From the IMG/VR virus record IMGVR_UViG_3300023184_000094, positions 8,637 through 72,636 of that record: a stretch of 64,000 nt of DNA; one strand, given 5' to 3'. Positions 50,443-59,891 of the stretch are shown here, piece by piece. Each line of letters begins with the position of its first letter. The stretch's first letter is position 1. Both the position numbers and the translations under genes were made by a program. Below the pieces are notes generated by a model. It ran no database searches, was not told the DNA's origin, and saw only the letters and a program-made list of their open reading frames with translations. This DNA comes from a virus.

Positions 50443-51488
50443 TAAATTTAATTAGAATAGGGTGGACTGATATTAACAAGGATTATCTAGAATGGACCTT
50501 GCAAACGCAATTTAATTTAAAAGTCTATGTAGAAAATACAAATTATAATAATTCTGAAGATATATTCGTTATTAGTCGACCTGAATTTTATAATAAAGAA
50601 ATATTAATTAGATTGTTAGATCAAGGATTTAGGCTATTAATTGTTAATTTATGGGAAGCTCGTCCATATGTATTAGCTAAAGATTTCCAACCTTATTTAG
50701 ATAATATTTTAGTAGTATTAGGATGTAAAGACCCATTTAATTACGGTTGGAAAAATGTTTTGTCAGTACCAAGATGGTTTTGGTATAACGAAAGTTTGTG
50801 GTATACCTGTGATAAAAACTTCCAATATCAGAATTATATTCCGCAAAGAAAAAATACTAAATTATTCTTTATGCCTATTAAACGTAGTAAACCTTTTAGA
50901 ACACAGACCGTAGAGAGATTAACAGAGTTTTTAGACGATGCTGTATGGAGTTATGTAGAACGTTGGAATGATGGCCTACATTTACCTACCAGAGAAGAAA
51001 ATCCAGTTGCACGTATTGGATGGGATCGACAGTTTGAAGCCAATTGGTATGATGATACTTATTTTACTCTGGCAGTAGAAACTTATATAGGGCAAACACC
51101 GATTGAAAACGAAATAAAAGGAATAGTTTCTGATCAAGCAGGCCCATGTGAACTTTTTGTAACGGAAAAAACATTTAAGCCTATTGCACATCAACATCCA
51201 TTTATGGTCTGTGGTATGAAGGGAACATTGGCTTTCCTTAAAGAAAATGGATTTGAAACATATGATCATATATTTGATGAGAGTTACGATACCTTAGATT
51301 TCTTTGATGTGAGAGTAGATGCACTATACGATAATATTAAAAATTTTAATAAAGAAAAATATTCTGACCCGTTGACAGAGAAAAAGATCAAACATAATTA
51401 CGATCGTTTCTATGATAGATCAGCAGTGCTAGCAGGTTTAAATAATGATCTAATAGAACCTATGCTGGAGTGGATTAATGCAACCTAA
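50439..51488 (+). CDS. Putative glycosyltransferase-like protein, paralog of 43631
   Basis: FTLAVET...FVTEKTFKPIAHQHPF...GFETY...FDESYD. Confidence 0.45.
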   Translation: MINLIRIGWTDINKDYLEWTLQTQFNLKVYVENTNYNNSEDIFVISRPEFYNKEILIRLLDQGFRLLIVNLWEARPYVLAKDFQPYLDNILVVLGCKDPFNYGWKNVLSVPRWFWYNESLWYTCDKNFQYQNYIPQRKNTKLFFMPIKRSKPFRTQTVERLTEFLDDAVWSYVERWNDGLHLPTREENPVARIGWDRQFEANWYDDTYFTLAVETYIGQTPIENEIKGIVSDQAGPCELFVTEKTFKPIAHQHPFMVCGMKGTLAFLKENGFETYDHIFDESYDTLDFFDVRVDALYDNIKNFNKEKYSDPLTEKKIKHNYDRFYDRSAVLAGLNNDLIEPMLEWINAT

Positions 51489-52794
51489 ACCGCAGACTCT
51501 CTGCCTTGCACCTTGGACGCACACCTATCTAAGTCCTCAAACTGAACGCAGAATGTGCTGTGCAAGCCGTGAACCTGCGCAGAACTTTGAACAGTATATC
51601 GATACTAGTTCAGGCACGGGAAAGTATATTCCTATTACCTTAGAAGAACATTGGAATAGCGAACATATGAAGTCAGTGCGCCGGCGTATGATGGCAGGCG
51701 AAACCTTGTCTGAATGTGAAGTATGCAATGACAAGTTACTCAACACAGATGTTTACAGGAGTTATTTTAATCGACTATTTGGTCATAAGTATGATAGTAT
51801 ATGGGACACTACAGACGAGCATGGTTATACAACTATGAAGCCTGTAAGTTGGGATTATCGCTTTAGTAATCTCTGTAACTTTAAGTGTCGCATGTGTGGT
51901 GATATGTTGTCTAGTAGTTGGGAAACTGAGCAAAGACAGCATGACATGATCAATTGGGATAATCCAAAAAATAATTGGATGCGCCCTGAAGTCAAAAAAC
52001 AAATTGAACAGTTCCAAGATACACAGATAGAACGTGAGTTCGCAGATGCAGTCGAGAACCATCAAGTAGAAGAAGTATATTGGGTAGGCGGAGAGCCTCT
52101 AATGTATGAACAACATTGGCGTTATATGAATCGCATTGTTGAATTAGGAGATGGTAAAAATGTCTATGCTCGTTACAACACAAACCTCAGCCGTGTCACT
52201 TACCGTGGGACCAATCTGTATACTGATATTCTTAGCAGGCTTCGTGATTGGCAGATATGTGCAAGTCTTGATGGTACGGAAGAAATTGGAGAATATATCC
52301 GAACAGGTCTCAGCTATCCGCAGTGGCTTGAAAACTTTAAGGAAGGTCTTAGAGTCGCTACGCACCGTAGACAAATGAGGATTGATTTCACGCTTACCTT
52401 ACCGGGTATATTTGAACTCCGTAACATTGAGAAGTTAGCTACAGAATTGGGCGTAGACATACTTGCTAAAGTAGTCTTTAGTTTTAGTCCTGATATTATC
52501 ATGTCGCCCTTGGCCCTACCCAAAGAGATTTTACATCCTTGGATAGACGAACTACTGGTTAGCCAAGACCCTGCAGGATGCCTGCAAAATAGCTCGCTAA
52601 GGGACATACTAATACAGCTTAAAACTCGCCCAACCTTTGTTGAACAGTGGCCAGATACTTACCAAACTGCGGTTGCAAAAGGCAAAGCTCGTGTGCTACA
52701 ATTAGAGAGGATCCGCCAAGACAAATTAACTTTGGCTGATATTTTATTAGAAAGGAAAGATGCTTTTGAGTGGTATCAATCAATCAACTGTTAA
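51478..52794 (+). CDS. Radical SAM protein with N-terminal twitch/SPASM domain
   Basis: LCLAPW...RMCC...CEVC, CNFKCRMC, VGGEP, YNTN. Confidence 0.9.
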   Translation: MQPKPQTLCLAPWTHTYLSPQTERRMCCASREPAQNFEQYIDTSSGTGKYIPITLEEHWNSEHMKSVRRRMMAGETLSECEVCNDKLLNTDVYRSYFNRLFGHKYDSIWDTTDEHGYTTMKPVSWDYRFSNLCNFKCRMCGDMLSSSWETEQRQHDMINWDNPKNNWMRPEVKKQIEQFQDTQIEREFADAVENHQVEEVYWVGGEPLMYEQHWRYMNRIVELGDGKNVYARYNTNLSRVTYRGTNLYTDILSRLRDWQICASLDGTEEIGEYIRTGLSYPQWLENFKEGLRVATHRRQMRIDFTLTLPGIFELRNIEKLATELGVDILAKVVFSFSPDIIMSPLALPKEILHPWIDELLVSQDPAGCLQNSSLRDILIQLKTRPTFVEQWPDTYQTAVAKGKARVLQLERIRQDKLTLADILLERKDAFEWYQSINC

Positions 52795-53944
52795 AGTAAC
52801 CCTACGTAATCCATTGGATAAAACGGATCTATTAGACTATTATATTTGTGTTTATGATAATCAATTGGCAAAAGATTGGATTATAGCACTTAAAAAATTG
52901 TTAACTGATAAAAACCATTTAGAAAAAAATTATTGTTTTTTGGGTTTTCCTAATTCTTCAAGAACTTTAGAATATCTTTGTGATGAATTAAATAAAGCGG
53001 TATTTCAAATAAATCTTTTTAATGCAACTGAAATCTGGCAGAAAAACGGCCTAGATAGTTATCTCATCGAAGATTATTATATACCTGATACTGTAAGATA
53101 CGGCGATGAATATCCTTATATTAAACAACATGTAGCACTTGAGCCTGCACTGTTCTTTGAAAAAACTTTGGGGTATAGAGTCAAACACGAAGTAATGAAT
53201 AGATTACATAATTATTTTGAAATTTTACAAGGAATAGTCGGAGCCCAGAGTAATTATTATAAACTAGCAGATTACGATACCAAGTATGCTATTAGACAAT
53301 TAAACATTATATGTCACGAAATAGAAAGTTTGGTTTTAAGTCAGCATAAACTTAAAACAATGCCTGAATGGGTTCGCCCAAGCCAAATCACCACGTTCTT
53401 ACATGCTACTCGCTACCATCTTAGTAGAGAACATAAGCACCTTGCTGTAAAAAATAGTTATGATAGAAGATTTGGTGAAGTGTATATGCATTGGACGCAA
53501 ATTGGTAAAACTTTATTCGAGGTATTTCGTGATGAAAATGCACCTCAACTTGATTCAACGACCTGTGATGCAATCACCCATTTACAATATTACAGTGGTG
53601 AATTTGATATCGAATGGGGCAATGATGTTGTTTTTGGAAATCATGTTTTTCACGACGACCAAATAAACAGATTTCATCAGTGGATAAAAGAACAACATCT
53701 AGATAAGACTGATCCTGATTTATGCCTTGGATATTTGCCAATGGGGAGTGTCGATTTAATTCGTAGTTTTGGAACCACTGACCCAGATAAAATAAGAACA
53801 TTATTGGGGGGGTATCTTGACATTTATCAAATTGAAATAGACGATATAAAAGATACATTTAATTACTGTTGGACTGACTTAGATTACAAACAACAACAAA
53901 TAGCAATGATGAAGCCAGGATATGATTACAGTAGCCGGGGGTGA
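52760..53944 (+). CDS. Hypothetical protein
   Basis: 394-aa ORF overlapping both neighbours; NRLHNYFE and ICHEIE His/Glu motifs hint at metal binding, but no family is recognised. Confidence 0.7.
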   Translation: MLLSGINQSTVKVTLRNPLDKTDLLDYYICVYDNQLAKDWIIALKKLLTDKNHLEKNYCFLGFPNSSRTLEYLCDELNKAVFQINLFNATEIWQKNGLDSYLIEDYYIPDTVRYGDEYPYIKQHVALEPALFFEKTLGYRVKHEVMNRLHNYFEILQGIVGAQSNYYKLADYDTKYAIRQLNIICHEIESLVLSQHKLKTMPEWVRPSQITTFLHATRYHLSREHKHLAVKNSYDRRFGEVYMHWTQIGKTLFEVFRDENAPQLDSTTCDAITHLQYYSGEFDIEWGNDVVFGNHVFHDDQINRFHQWIKEQHLDKTDPDLCLGYLPMGSVDLIRSFGTTDPDKIRTLLGGYLDIYQIEIDDIKDTFNYCWTDLDYKQQQIAMMKPGYDYSSRG

Positions 53945-54473
53945 TAGTATCATATGGGGTAGTGAGCTAGCAGATAGTCCACACGGCGCCCCCAATGGAT
54001 ACAGTCGTAATACATTTGCTGCACTATTAGCTGGTGATGAATATCATTGCTCAGCATATCCTGGTATAGGTAACAGGCAGATCTATTCTAGGATACGTGG
54101 TGATCTAACTCAGATGCCACACTGCGGGGTCATTGTGTGTTGGACCTGGCCTAGTCGTGACAACGAACTTGACAGCGATAAATGGATCATAGGATTACAA
54201 AAATATCTGAAATTTCATGATTATCCTTACTTGTTTACCTGTGTAGATAATTGTGTAATTACTGATAATCCAGAGATTGATTGGGACCGTTGGTTTATGT
54301 TTCCCCCAGGAACAGAAGCCAATGAAACAATAACACCAAGAGGATTTTATCAATGGGCAGTGGAAAATAAGTATAATATAGGAGTTGATGGGCATCCTTT
54401 AGAACAAGCACATCGTGATGCAGTAACATTGATTAGGGAGAAGTTCAATGAGTTGGTTAAGAAATCTATATAA
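53922..54473 (+). CDS. SGNH/GDSL-like protein
   Basis: GGDSIIWG, PGIGN, C-terminal DGHPLEQAH. Confidence 0.55.
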   Translation: MITVAGGDSIIWGSELADSPHGAPNGYSRNTFAALLAGDEYHCSAYPGIGNRQIYSRIRGDLTQMPHCGVIVCWTWPSRDNELDSDKWIIGLQKYLKFHDYPYLFTCVDNCVITDNPEIDWDRWFMFPPGTEANETITPRGFYQWAVENKYNIGVDGHPLEQAHRDAVTLIREKFNELVKKSI

Positions 54474-54549
54474 TCGAATCAAACTAGAAATAGCATATCG
54501 CAAAAAATTAAAAGCGTTGCGTAAAAGAGATCCTTTTATCTACAAATAA
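54448..54549 (+). CDS. 33-aa basic micro-protein (absent from the ORF track)
   Basis: Hand translation MSWLRNLYNRIKLEIAYRKKLKALRKRDPFIYK*; AGGGAG RBS upstream; TAA overlaps the next ATG (TAATG) and fills the gap in the operon. Confidence 0.7.
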   Translation: MSWLRNLYNRIKLEIAYRKKLKALRKRDPFIYK

Positions 54550-55193
54550 TGCGTTTACTAACAGTTGGTGATAGTTTTACTTGGGGTCAAGAGCTAGATG
54601 ATAACACATCTGCTTGGCCGTATCTATTATCTGCCCGATTAGAGTATACGTTAGACAATCAGGCCAAGCCTGGCAGTGGTAACTTACGTATGGTTAGATA
54701 TGCTATAGAACATATTGATAACTATGATATGATTATTATAGCCTGGACACATTTTGCCCGTAATGAGTTTGCTGATGATTGTGGATTTTTTGATATATGG
54801 CCCGGATTTAATTCCAAATATTTTAAAGATATTATCCCGCATAGAGTAGAATTAATTGAATATTTTAATAAACATCATAATGATGATTACATGTATAGAC
54901 AGTATTTGATCAATATTATTTTACTACAAAAATATTTAATGCTTAATAATAAACGCTATCTGATGCTAGACGCATTTGGCAATCATCAATATAGTGGGAG
55001 AAATTCAGAAAAGAATAAAGATTTATTAGAACAAATTGATTCTACTTATTTTGTCGGCTGGCCAGATAAATCGATGATGGAGTGGACCTGGGGAACAGAA
55101 ATGGGTGTAGGCGGACATTTCTTAGAAGAGGGGCATGTTAAAGTAGCAGAAAAATTATTTTATCAAATGGAAAATCTTTCATGGGTAAATTAA
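54549..55193 (+). CDS. SGNH/GDSL-like protein
   Basis: VGDSFTWG, PGSGN, C-terminal GGHFLEEGH. Confidence 0.6.
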   Translation: MRLLTVGDSFTWGQELDDNTSAWPYLLSARLEYTLDNQAKPGSGNLRMVRYAIEHIDNYDMIIIAWTHFARNEFADDCGFFDIWPGFNSKYFKDIIPHRVELIEYFNKHHNDDYMYRQYLINIILLQKYLMLNNKRYLMLDAFGNHQYSGRNSEKNKDLLEQIDSTYFVGWPDKSMMEWTWGTEMGVGGHFLEEGHVKVAEKLFYQMENLSWVN

Positions 55194-55930
55194 TCGCAGG
55201 TGGAGATAGTTTTATCTATGGTAGCGAATTAAAAGATGGATATTATTCCCCTAGCCAATCAACTTACCCTGCATTAATAGCAAAAGAACTTGGATGGGAT
55301 TATGTCTGCACTGCTAGTCCTGGATTTGCTAACAGTAGTATTCGTCGGACAATTATCGATGCATGTGAATCTACAGTAGATATCAAATTAGTTATAGTGC
55401 AATGGACATTTTCTGGACGATATGAATTTTATTTCGATCATGGATGGGATCAAATCAGCGCATGGTCAATCGTAGATGACATCAATGAAATTAAAAAAAA
55501 TTTTAGAATAGACAATCCTATAGTATTGCAACACCATATAGATAGTTTAGAAAAATCTAAACAACTAGGAACAGCTAGTTTTGCTAAAGAATTTTATAGT
55601 CGAGTAGGTAGTAATTTTTATTGGGAACAGTATCACACATTGAGTGAGATTATTATGTTGCAACAGTATTTGGAATTAAAAAATATTCCTTATATGTTTA
55701 CAGCCGCTGATGAAGGACTAATTCGTGACATAAATGAACCAAGTGTATCAGCATTAAAACAACAAATGAATAAAAAATATTGGGTATGGTTCCCAAAAGA
55801 TCGTGGATTTTATACATGGGCACAACATGAACAATTTCCGTTTGGAACCACACACCCATTAGAAGAAGCACACATAGAGGCAGCACATTTAATATATGAA
55901 TATCTTAGGTATATCGGCCGGCTTCCATGA
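55181..55930 (+). CDS. SGNH/GDSL-like protein
   Basis: GGDSFIYG, PGFAN, C-terminal THPLEEAH. Confidence 0.6.
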   Translation: MGKLIAGGDSFIYGSELKDGYYSPSQSTYPALIAKELGWDYVCTASPGFANSSIRRTIIDACESTVDIKLVIVQWTFSGRYEFYFDHGWDQISAWSIVDDINEIKKNFRIDNPIVLQHHIDSLEKSKQLGTASFAKEFYSRVGSNFYWEQYHTLSEIIMLQQYLELKNIPYMFTAADEGLIRDINEPSVSALKQQMNKKYWVWFPKDRGFYTWAQHEQFPFGTTHPLEEAHIEAAHLIYEYLRYIGRLP

Positions 55931-57359
55931 TGCAGGCGTAAGTCTCATCTGCGATGGTGAGATCTTATTCGCTGGACATGCTGAACGTTACAGCAAGATT
56001 AAACACGACCATAAGTTAAACACTAAAATTCTTACAGAATGTATTCGCTATGGATATCCTGATGAGATAGCCTATTACGAACGTCCTTGGGTAAAACGCA
56101 CACGTCAGTTATATGCTGGACAATACCAAGATGCCTTTGATTTCCGTTCAATATTTAAAGATATTGGGTCTTGGAATAATCTAAATAAGTTACCTATCAA
56201 ATATCATAGCCATCATTTATCACACGCAGCTGCAGGATTTCAAACAAGTCCATATGATGATGCTACAGTGGTTGTTATTGATGCTATAGGTGAGTGGGAC
56301 ACTGCTAGTATATGGCATGCAGAGTATGTCGATGGTCAAGCCAAATACAAGAAACTATGGAGTCAAAAGTATCCACATAGTCTAGGTCTGTTTTATTCGG
56401 CCATGACTCAGCGTGCTGGACTTAAACCCTTAGATGAAGAATACATTCTAATGGGCATGGCAGCTTATTCTATGTATGATGCTAATATGTATGGTGACTT
56501 CTTGGCTGATGCACACGACTTAAAGTTTAAACAAAACTTACATGTTGGCTGTGACGAATATCATCCAGGCATGACAGACTTTGAAATTGCCGCCAGTGCG
56601 CAATACACATTAGAGCAGTGCCTACATCATATCATGCTACGTGCTGAAGAATTAGATACGACCGGTAATTTAGTTTATATGGGTGGAGTTGCGCTTAACT
56701 GCAAGGCCAACGATTTAATAGGTGCATACTTTAAAAATATTTGGATCATGCCTAATCCTGGTGATTGTGGTAGCAGTCTGGGTGCCGCGGCATTGAGTTA
56801 TGGTGGTAAGTTAAATTGGACAAATGCGTATCTAGGCACAAACATAGCCGGTCCTTACCCTGTTAAAGAATTACTAAGTGAGCTAGTAACAAATAAGATA
56901 GTAGGGGTTGCTAGTGGGCGAGCAGAGTTTGGCCCTAGAGCATTGGGTAATCGAAGTTTATTAGCAGACCCACGTGGTGCTGATATCAAGGAGAAAGTAA
57001 ATGCGATCAAACAACGTCAACAATTCAGGCCATTTGCACCCGTTATTTTGGAAGAGGTATGTAAGGAATATTTTGATATGCCTACTGGCTGGCCTAATAG
57101 CAGGTATATGCAAACAGTCGCTTATTGTCGGCAGCCTGATCTTTATCCTGCCATCATTCATGCTGACCGTACATCTCGTGTGCAAACTGTGCCCGCTGAT
57201 GGGTCGGGAATAAGACAACTATTAGAAGCATGGTTTGAGTGGACTGGTTGTCCTATGCTGTTAAACACCAGTCTCAATATCCGTGGTGAGCCGATGGTAA
57301 ATGATCGTGCAGATGCTGATCGCTTTGAAAAATTATATGGTGTTAAGGTGCTGTCATGA
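55896..57359 (+). CDS. O-carbamoyltransferase (NodU/CmcH/TobZ family)
   Basis: FHDAG, ERYSKIKHD, HHLSHAA, DAIGE, GGVALNC, EFGPRALGNRSLLADP, FRPFAP, LLNTSLN. Confidence 0.92.
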   Translation: MNILGISAGFHDAGVSLICDGEILFAGHAERYSKIKHDHKLNTKILTECIRYGYPDEIAYYERPWVKRTRQLYAGQYQDAFDFRSIFKDIGSWNNLNKLPIKYHSHHLSHAAAGFQTSPYDDATVVVIDAIGEWDTASIWHAEYVDGQAKYKKLWSQKYPHSLGLFYSAMTQRAGLKPLDEEYILMGMAAYSMYDANMYGDFLADAHDLKFKQNLHVGCDEYHPGMTDFEIAASAQYTLEQCLHHIMLRAEELDTTGNLVYMGGVALNCKANDLIGAYFKNIWIMPNPGDCGSSLGAAALSYGGKLNWTNAYLGTNIAGPYPVKELLSELVTNKIVGVASGRAEFGPRALGNRSLLADPRGADIKEKVNAIKQRQQFRPFAPVILEEVCKEYFDMPTGWPNSRYMQTVAYCRQPDLYPAIIHADRTSRVQTVPADGSGIRQLLEAWFEWTGCPMLLNTSLNIRGEPMVNDRADADRFEKLYGVKVLS

Positions 57360-58159
57360 AGAACTATTGGGAATTAGGTAACACATTAGATCTAGGAACA
57401 TATCCTCGCAATCAAGAAATACAATTTAGTCTTAGTGATCTCGACAGTGAACAAAACTTTAAAAATATCCAAGGCACTCGACATCAAGGCCACCCTATGT
57501 GGCACGCTGATAGTTTTACCTACAAATATAACTCAAATGGATTCCGCAGTCGTGAGTTTGATCTTAAAGAAACTAAACCTAAAATTTTAACTTTAGGATG
57601 TAGTCATACAGTGGGTGTAGGAATTCCTCAAAATAATATTTGGGCTGAACAATTTGGTATTAAATATTTTCCTGACTATATAGTATGGAATGCGGGACTT
57701 GGTGGAGCCAGTGCTGATACTATAGCAAGATTAGCAGTTAATATGATCCCCATCGTTAAACCTGACATAGTAGCAATCTTGTGGCCGAGTTTATTTCGAT
57801 TTGAAACATACGAAAATGGTGCGGTATTCAATGGAGCCTGGACCATGGAACGAGATAATCTACAATATGAAGATAATACCGCGTATAATAATCAAACAAA
57901 AAATAAAACTATATTAGATCTATTACAGAAAGTTTATGGGTTTAAACTATTAAGTATAGACTGGGATGATACCGTAGGAAAAATATATGACAAAGTCACT
58001 TGGACCAAAGCCCGTGATGGAGCACATTTTGGAATTGAATGGCATCAACAGATAGCCTACGATTTCTATTTACAATACACTAATCCCGAAGATTTTTTGT
58101 TAAAATATACTGATATCAAAACATATTGGGAAAAATATAAAGATAAGGACGTCAAATGA
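57356..58159 (+). CDS. SGNH-like protein
   Basis: YKYNSNGFRS, LGCSHTVG, NAGLGGAS, C-terminal ARDGAHFG (DxxH). Confidence 0.55.
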   Translation: MKNYWELGNTLDLGTYPRNQEIQFSLSDLDSEQNFKNIQGTRHQGHPMWHADSFTYKYNSNGFRSREFDLKETKPKILTLGCSHTVGVGIPQNNIWAEQFGIKYFPDYIVWNAGLGGASADTIARLAVNMIPIVKPDIVAILWPSLFRFETYENGAVFNGAWTMERDNLQYEDNTAYNNQTKNKTILDLLQKVYGFKLLSIDWDDTVGKIYDKVTWTKARDGAHFGIEWHQQIAYDFYLQYTNPEDFLLKYTDIKTYWEKYKDKDVK

Positions 58160-58590
58160 AAATATTAATTATGGGATTACCTGGTAGTGGTAAAACTACC
58201 TTAGCTGAAAAATTATTCAATGAGCTATTAAAGAATCATCATATTGAATGGGTTAATGCTGATGATCTACGTAAAGAAACCAATGATTGGGATTTCAGTG
58301 AAGAAGGTCGACTGCGTCAAGCATTACGAATGCGCACTATCGCTGATCGTGGGATTGCAGCTGGATTTATAATGATCTGTGATTTTGTTTGTCCTACACG
58401 TGAATTGCGTGAAGCATTTGATGCTGATTTTGTTGTTTGGATGGACACGGTTAGGAGAAGCGAATATAAAGATACTAATAAGATATTCCAAAAGCCCACT
58501 GAAGAAGAATATGATATAAGGATAGATGAATTTGCCAGTGACAAGTGGTCAGAGACTCTAGCAGATTTAATCCATATGTTGCTACCATAA
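58156..58590 (+). CDS. Adenylyl-sulfate (APS) kinase-like P-loop kinase
   Basis: GLPGSGKTT, NADDLR, DWDFSEEGRLRQA, DFVCP; short CysC-like protein. Confidence 0.7.
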   Translation: MKILIMGLPGSGKTTLAEKLFNELLKNHHIEWVNADDLRKETNDWDFSEEGRLRQALRMRTIADRGIAAGFIMICDFVCPTRELREAFDADFVVWMDTVRRSEYKDTNKIFQKPTEEEYDIRIDEFASDKWSETLADLIHMLLP

Positions 58591-59891
58591 TGTTTGATAT
58601 ATTCATCATGGACATGGGTGGGCATGATGCTAATGTTCAAACATTAGCTGAACGATTCCCACACGCTAAGATAGTCCGATATTACGATAATCATCTAGAT
58701 ACTATTAAACGTTGTATATCCAAAGCCCGCACACCTTGGATTTGGGTCATTGCCAGTTGCTGTGATTATACTGACTTTGATTTTGAATACCGTAGCGTGC
58801 CATGGGAAGCCTATCAACTACATTGTTGGCACAGCGGCTATGAAAAGTTTGGTGATACATTCTTAATCAACGTAGATGAGTTTAAGAAGCAATGGGATAT
58901 AGCTTTACTAGAATGGTATAAAGAAGTCAATTGGCACTATCCGGGTGTGCCTAGATTACCATGGCCGATATTGGAAACTATTACAGAAAATGTTACCACA
59001 GAACTTAAACAATACAAGTTTGATGCACCTTATGTTTGGATTAATCAAAGTATAGATTTCCATCCTCCGTTGTGGTCCAAGCGTGCCTTTTATAGTTTCA
59101 ATGATGCAGGTAGTATCAGTATAGCCCCACGTGACGTTCAGGCACATTTAGTGTCACAAATCTACGATTATCCCTATATTATCAAGCAAAAACAAGAGTA
59201 TTTGACACCTACGTTGCTGGATATTATCTATATCAGCAACGGCGAACCTGAGGCAGAACGTTGGTATGAACATTTGGTCAACACCTGCGGACGAGAAGTT
59301 AAACGAGTGATGAATGTCGATGGTCGTGCATTGGCATATAAAGCGGCTGCTGAGTTGAGTAGCACACCTTGGTTCTTTACAGTGTTTGCTAAATTAGAAG
59401 TGGTTCCGGAATTTGATTGGCGTTGGCAACCGGATTGGCTACAAGAACCCAAGCATTATATATTCAATAGCCGCAATCCTGTGAATGGGTTAGAGTATGG
59501 ACACATGGGTGTGATTGCTTATAATAAAGGATTGGTATTAGACACTGATGATTGGGGATTAGATTTTACTCTAAGTCGTGCTCATGCTGTGATTCCACGT
59601 GTTAGTGCCGTTGCCCATTACAATACCACACCAGAACTAACTTGGCGCACTGCTTTCCGTGAAGTAATCAAACTTAAAGATGATAGTATTAAAACAGGTA
59701 GTGTAGAAAGTTCGTATCGTTTAGACACTTGGCTGTCTATTGGTGATGGCGACTACGCTGAATTTAGTTTGTTAGGTGCCGCTGATGCTGTTGATTATTA
59801 TAACAAGGTCAACGGTGATTACACGGAGCTAATGCGGAGCTTTGAATGGGCTTGGTTACGAGAATACTACTCTAGTAAATACTCTGTTTGA
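58590..59891 (+). CDS. Two-domain glycosyltransferase-like protein (C-terminal half paralogous to 41367)
   Basis: YISNGEP, RVMNVDGRALAYKAAA, NPVNGLEYG, TWRTAFREVIKL mirror 41367; ATG 58590 is coupled to the upstream TAA. Confidence 0.55.
   Translation: MFDIFIMDMGGHDANVQTLAERFPHAKIVRYYDNHLDTIKRCISKARTPWIWVIASCCDYTDFDFEYRSVPWEAYQLHCWHSGYEKFGDTFLINVDEFKKQWDIALLEWYKEVNWHYPGVPRLPWPILETITENVTTELKQYKFDAPYVWINQSIDFHPPLWSKRAFYSFNDAGSISIAPRDVQAHLVSQIYDYPYIIKQKQEYLTPTLLDIIYISNGEPEAERWYEHLVNTCGREVKRVMNVDGRALAYKAAAELSSTPWFFTVFAKLEVVPEFDWRWQPDWLQEPKHYIFNSRNPVNGLEYGHMGVIAYNKGLVLDTDDWGLDFTLSRAHAVIPRVSAVAHYNTTPELTWRTAFREVIKLKDDSIKTGSVESSYRLDTWLSIGDGDYAEFSLLGAADAVDYYNKVNGDYTELMRSFEWAWLREYYSSKYSV

Noticed and set aside
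42256-52794. Radical SAMs as QueE, NrdG, MoaA or viperin-like enzymes
   Set aside because: No queC/queD/folE/dpdA, nrdD or moa genes in the window, and the size and extra N-terminal Cys domain do not fit those families.
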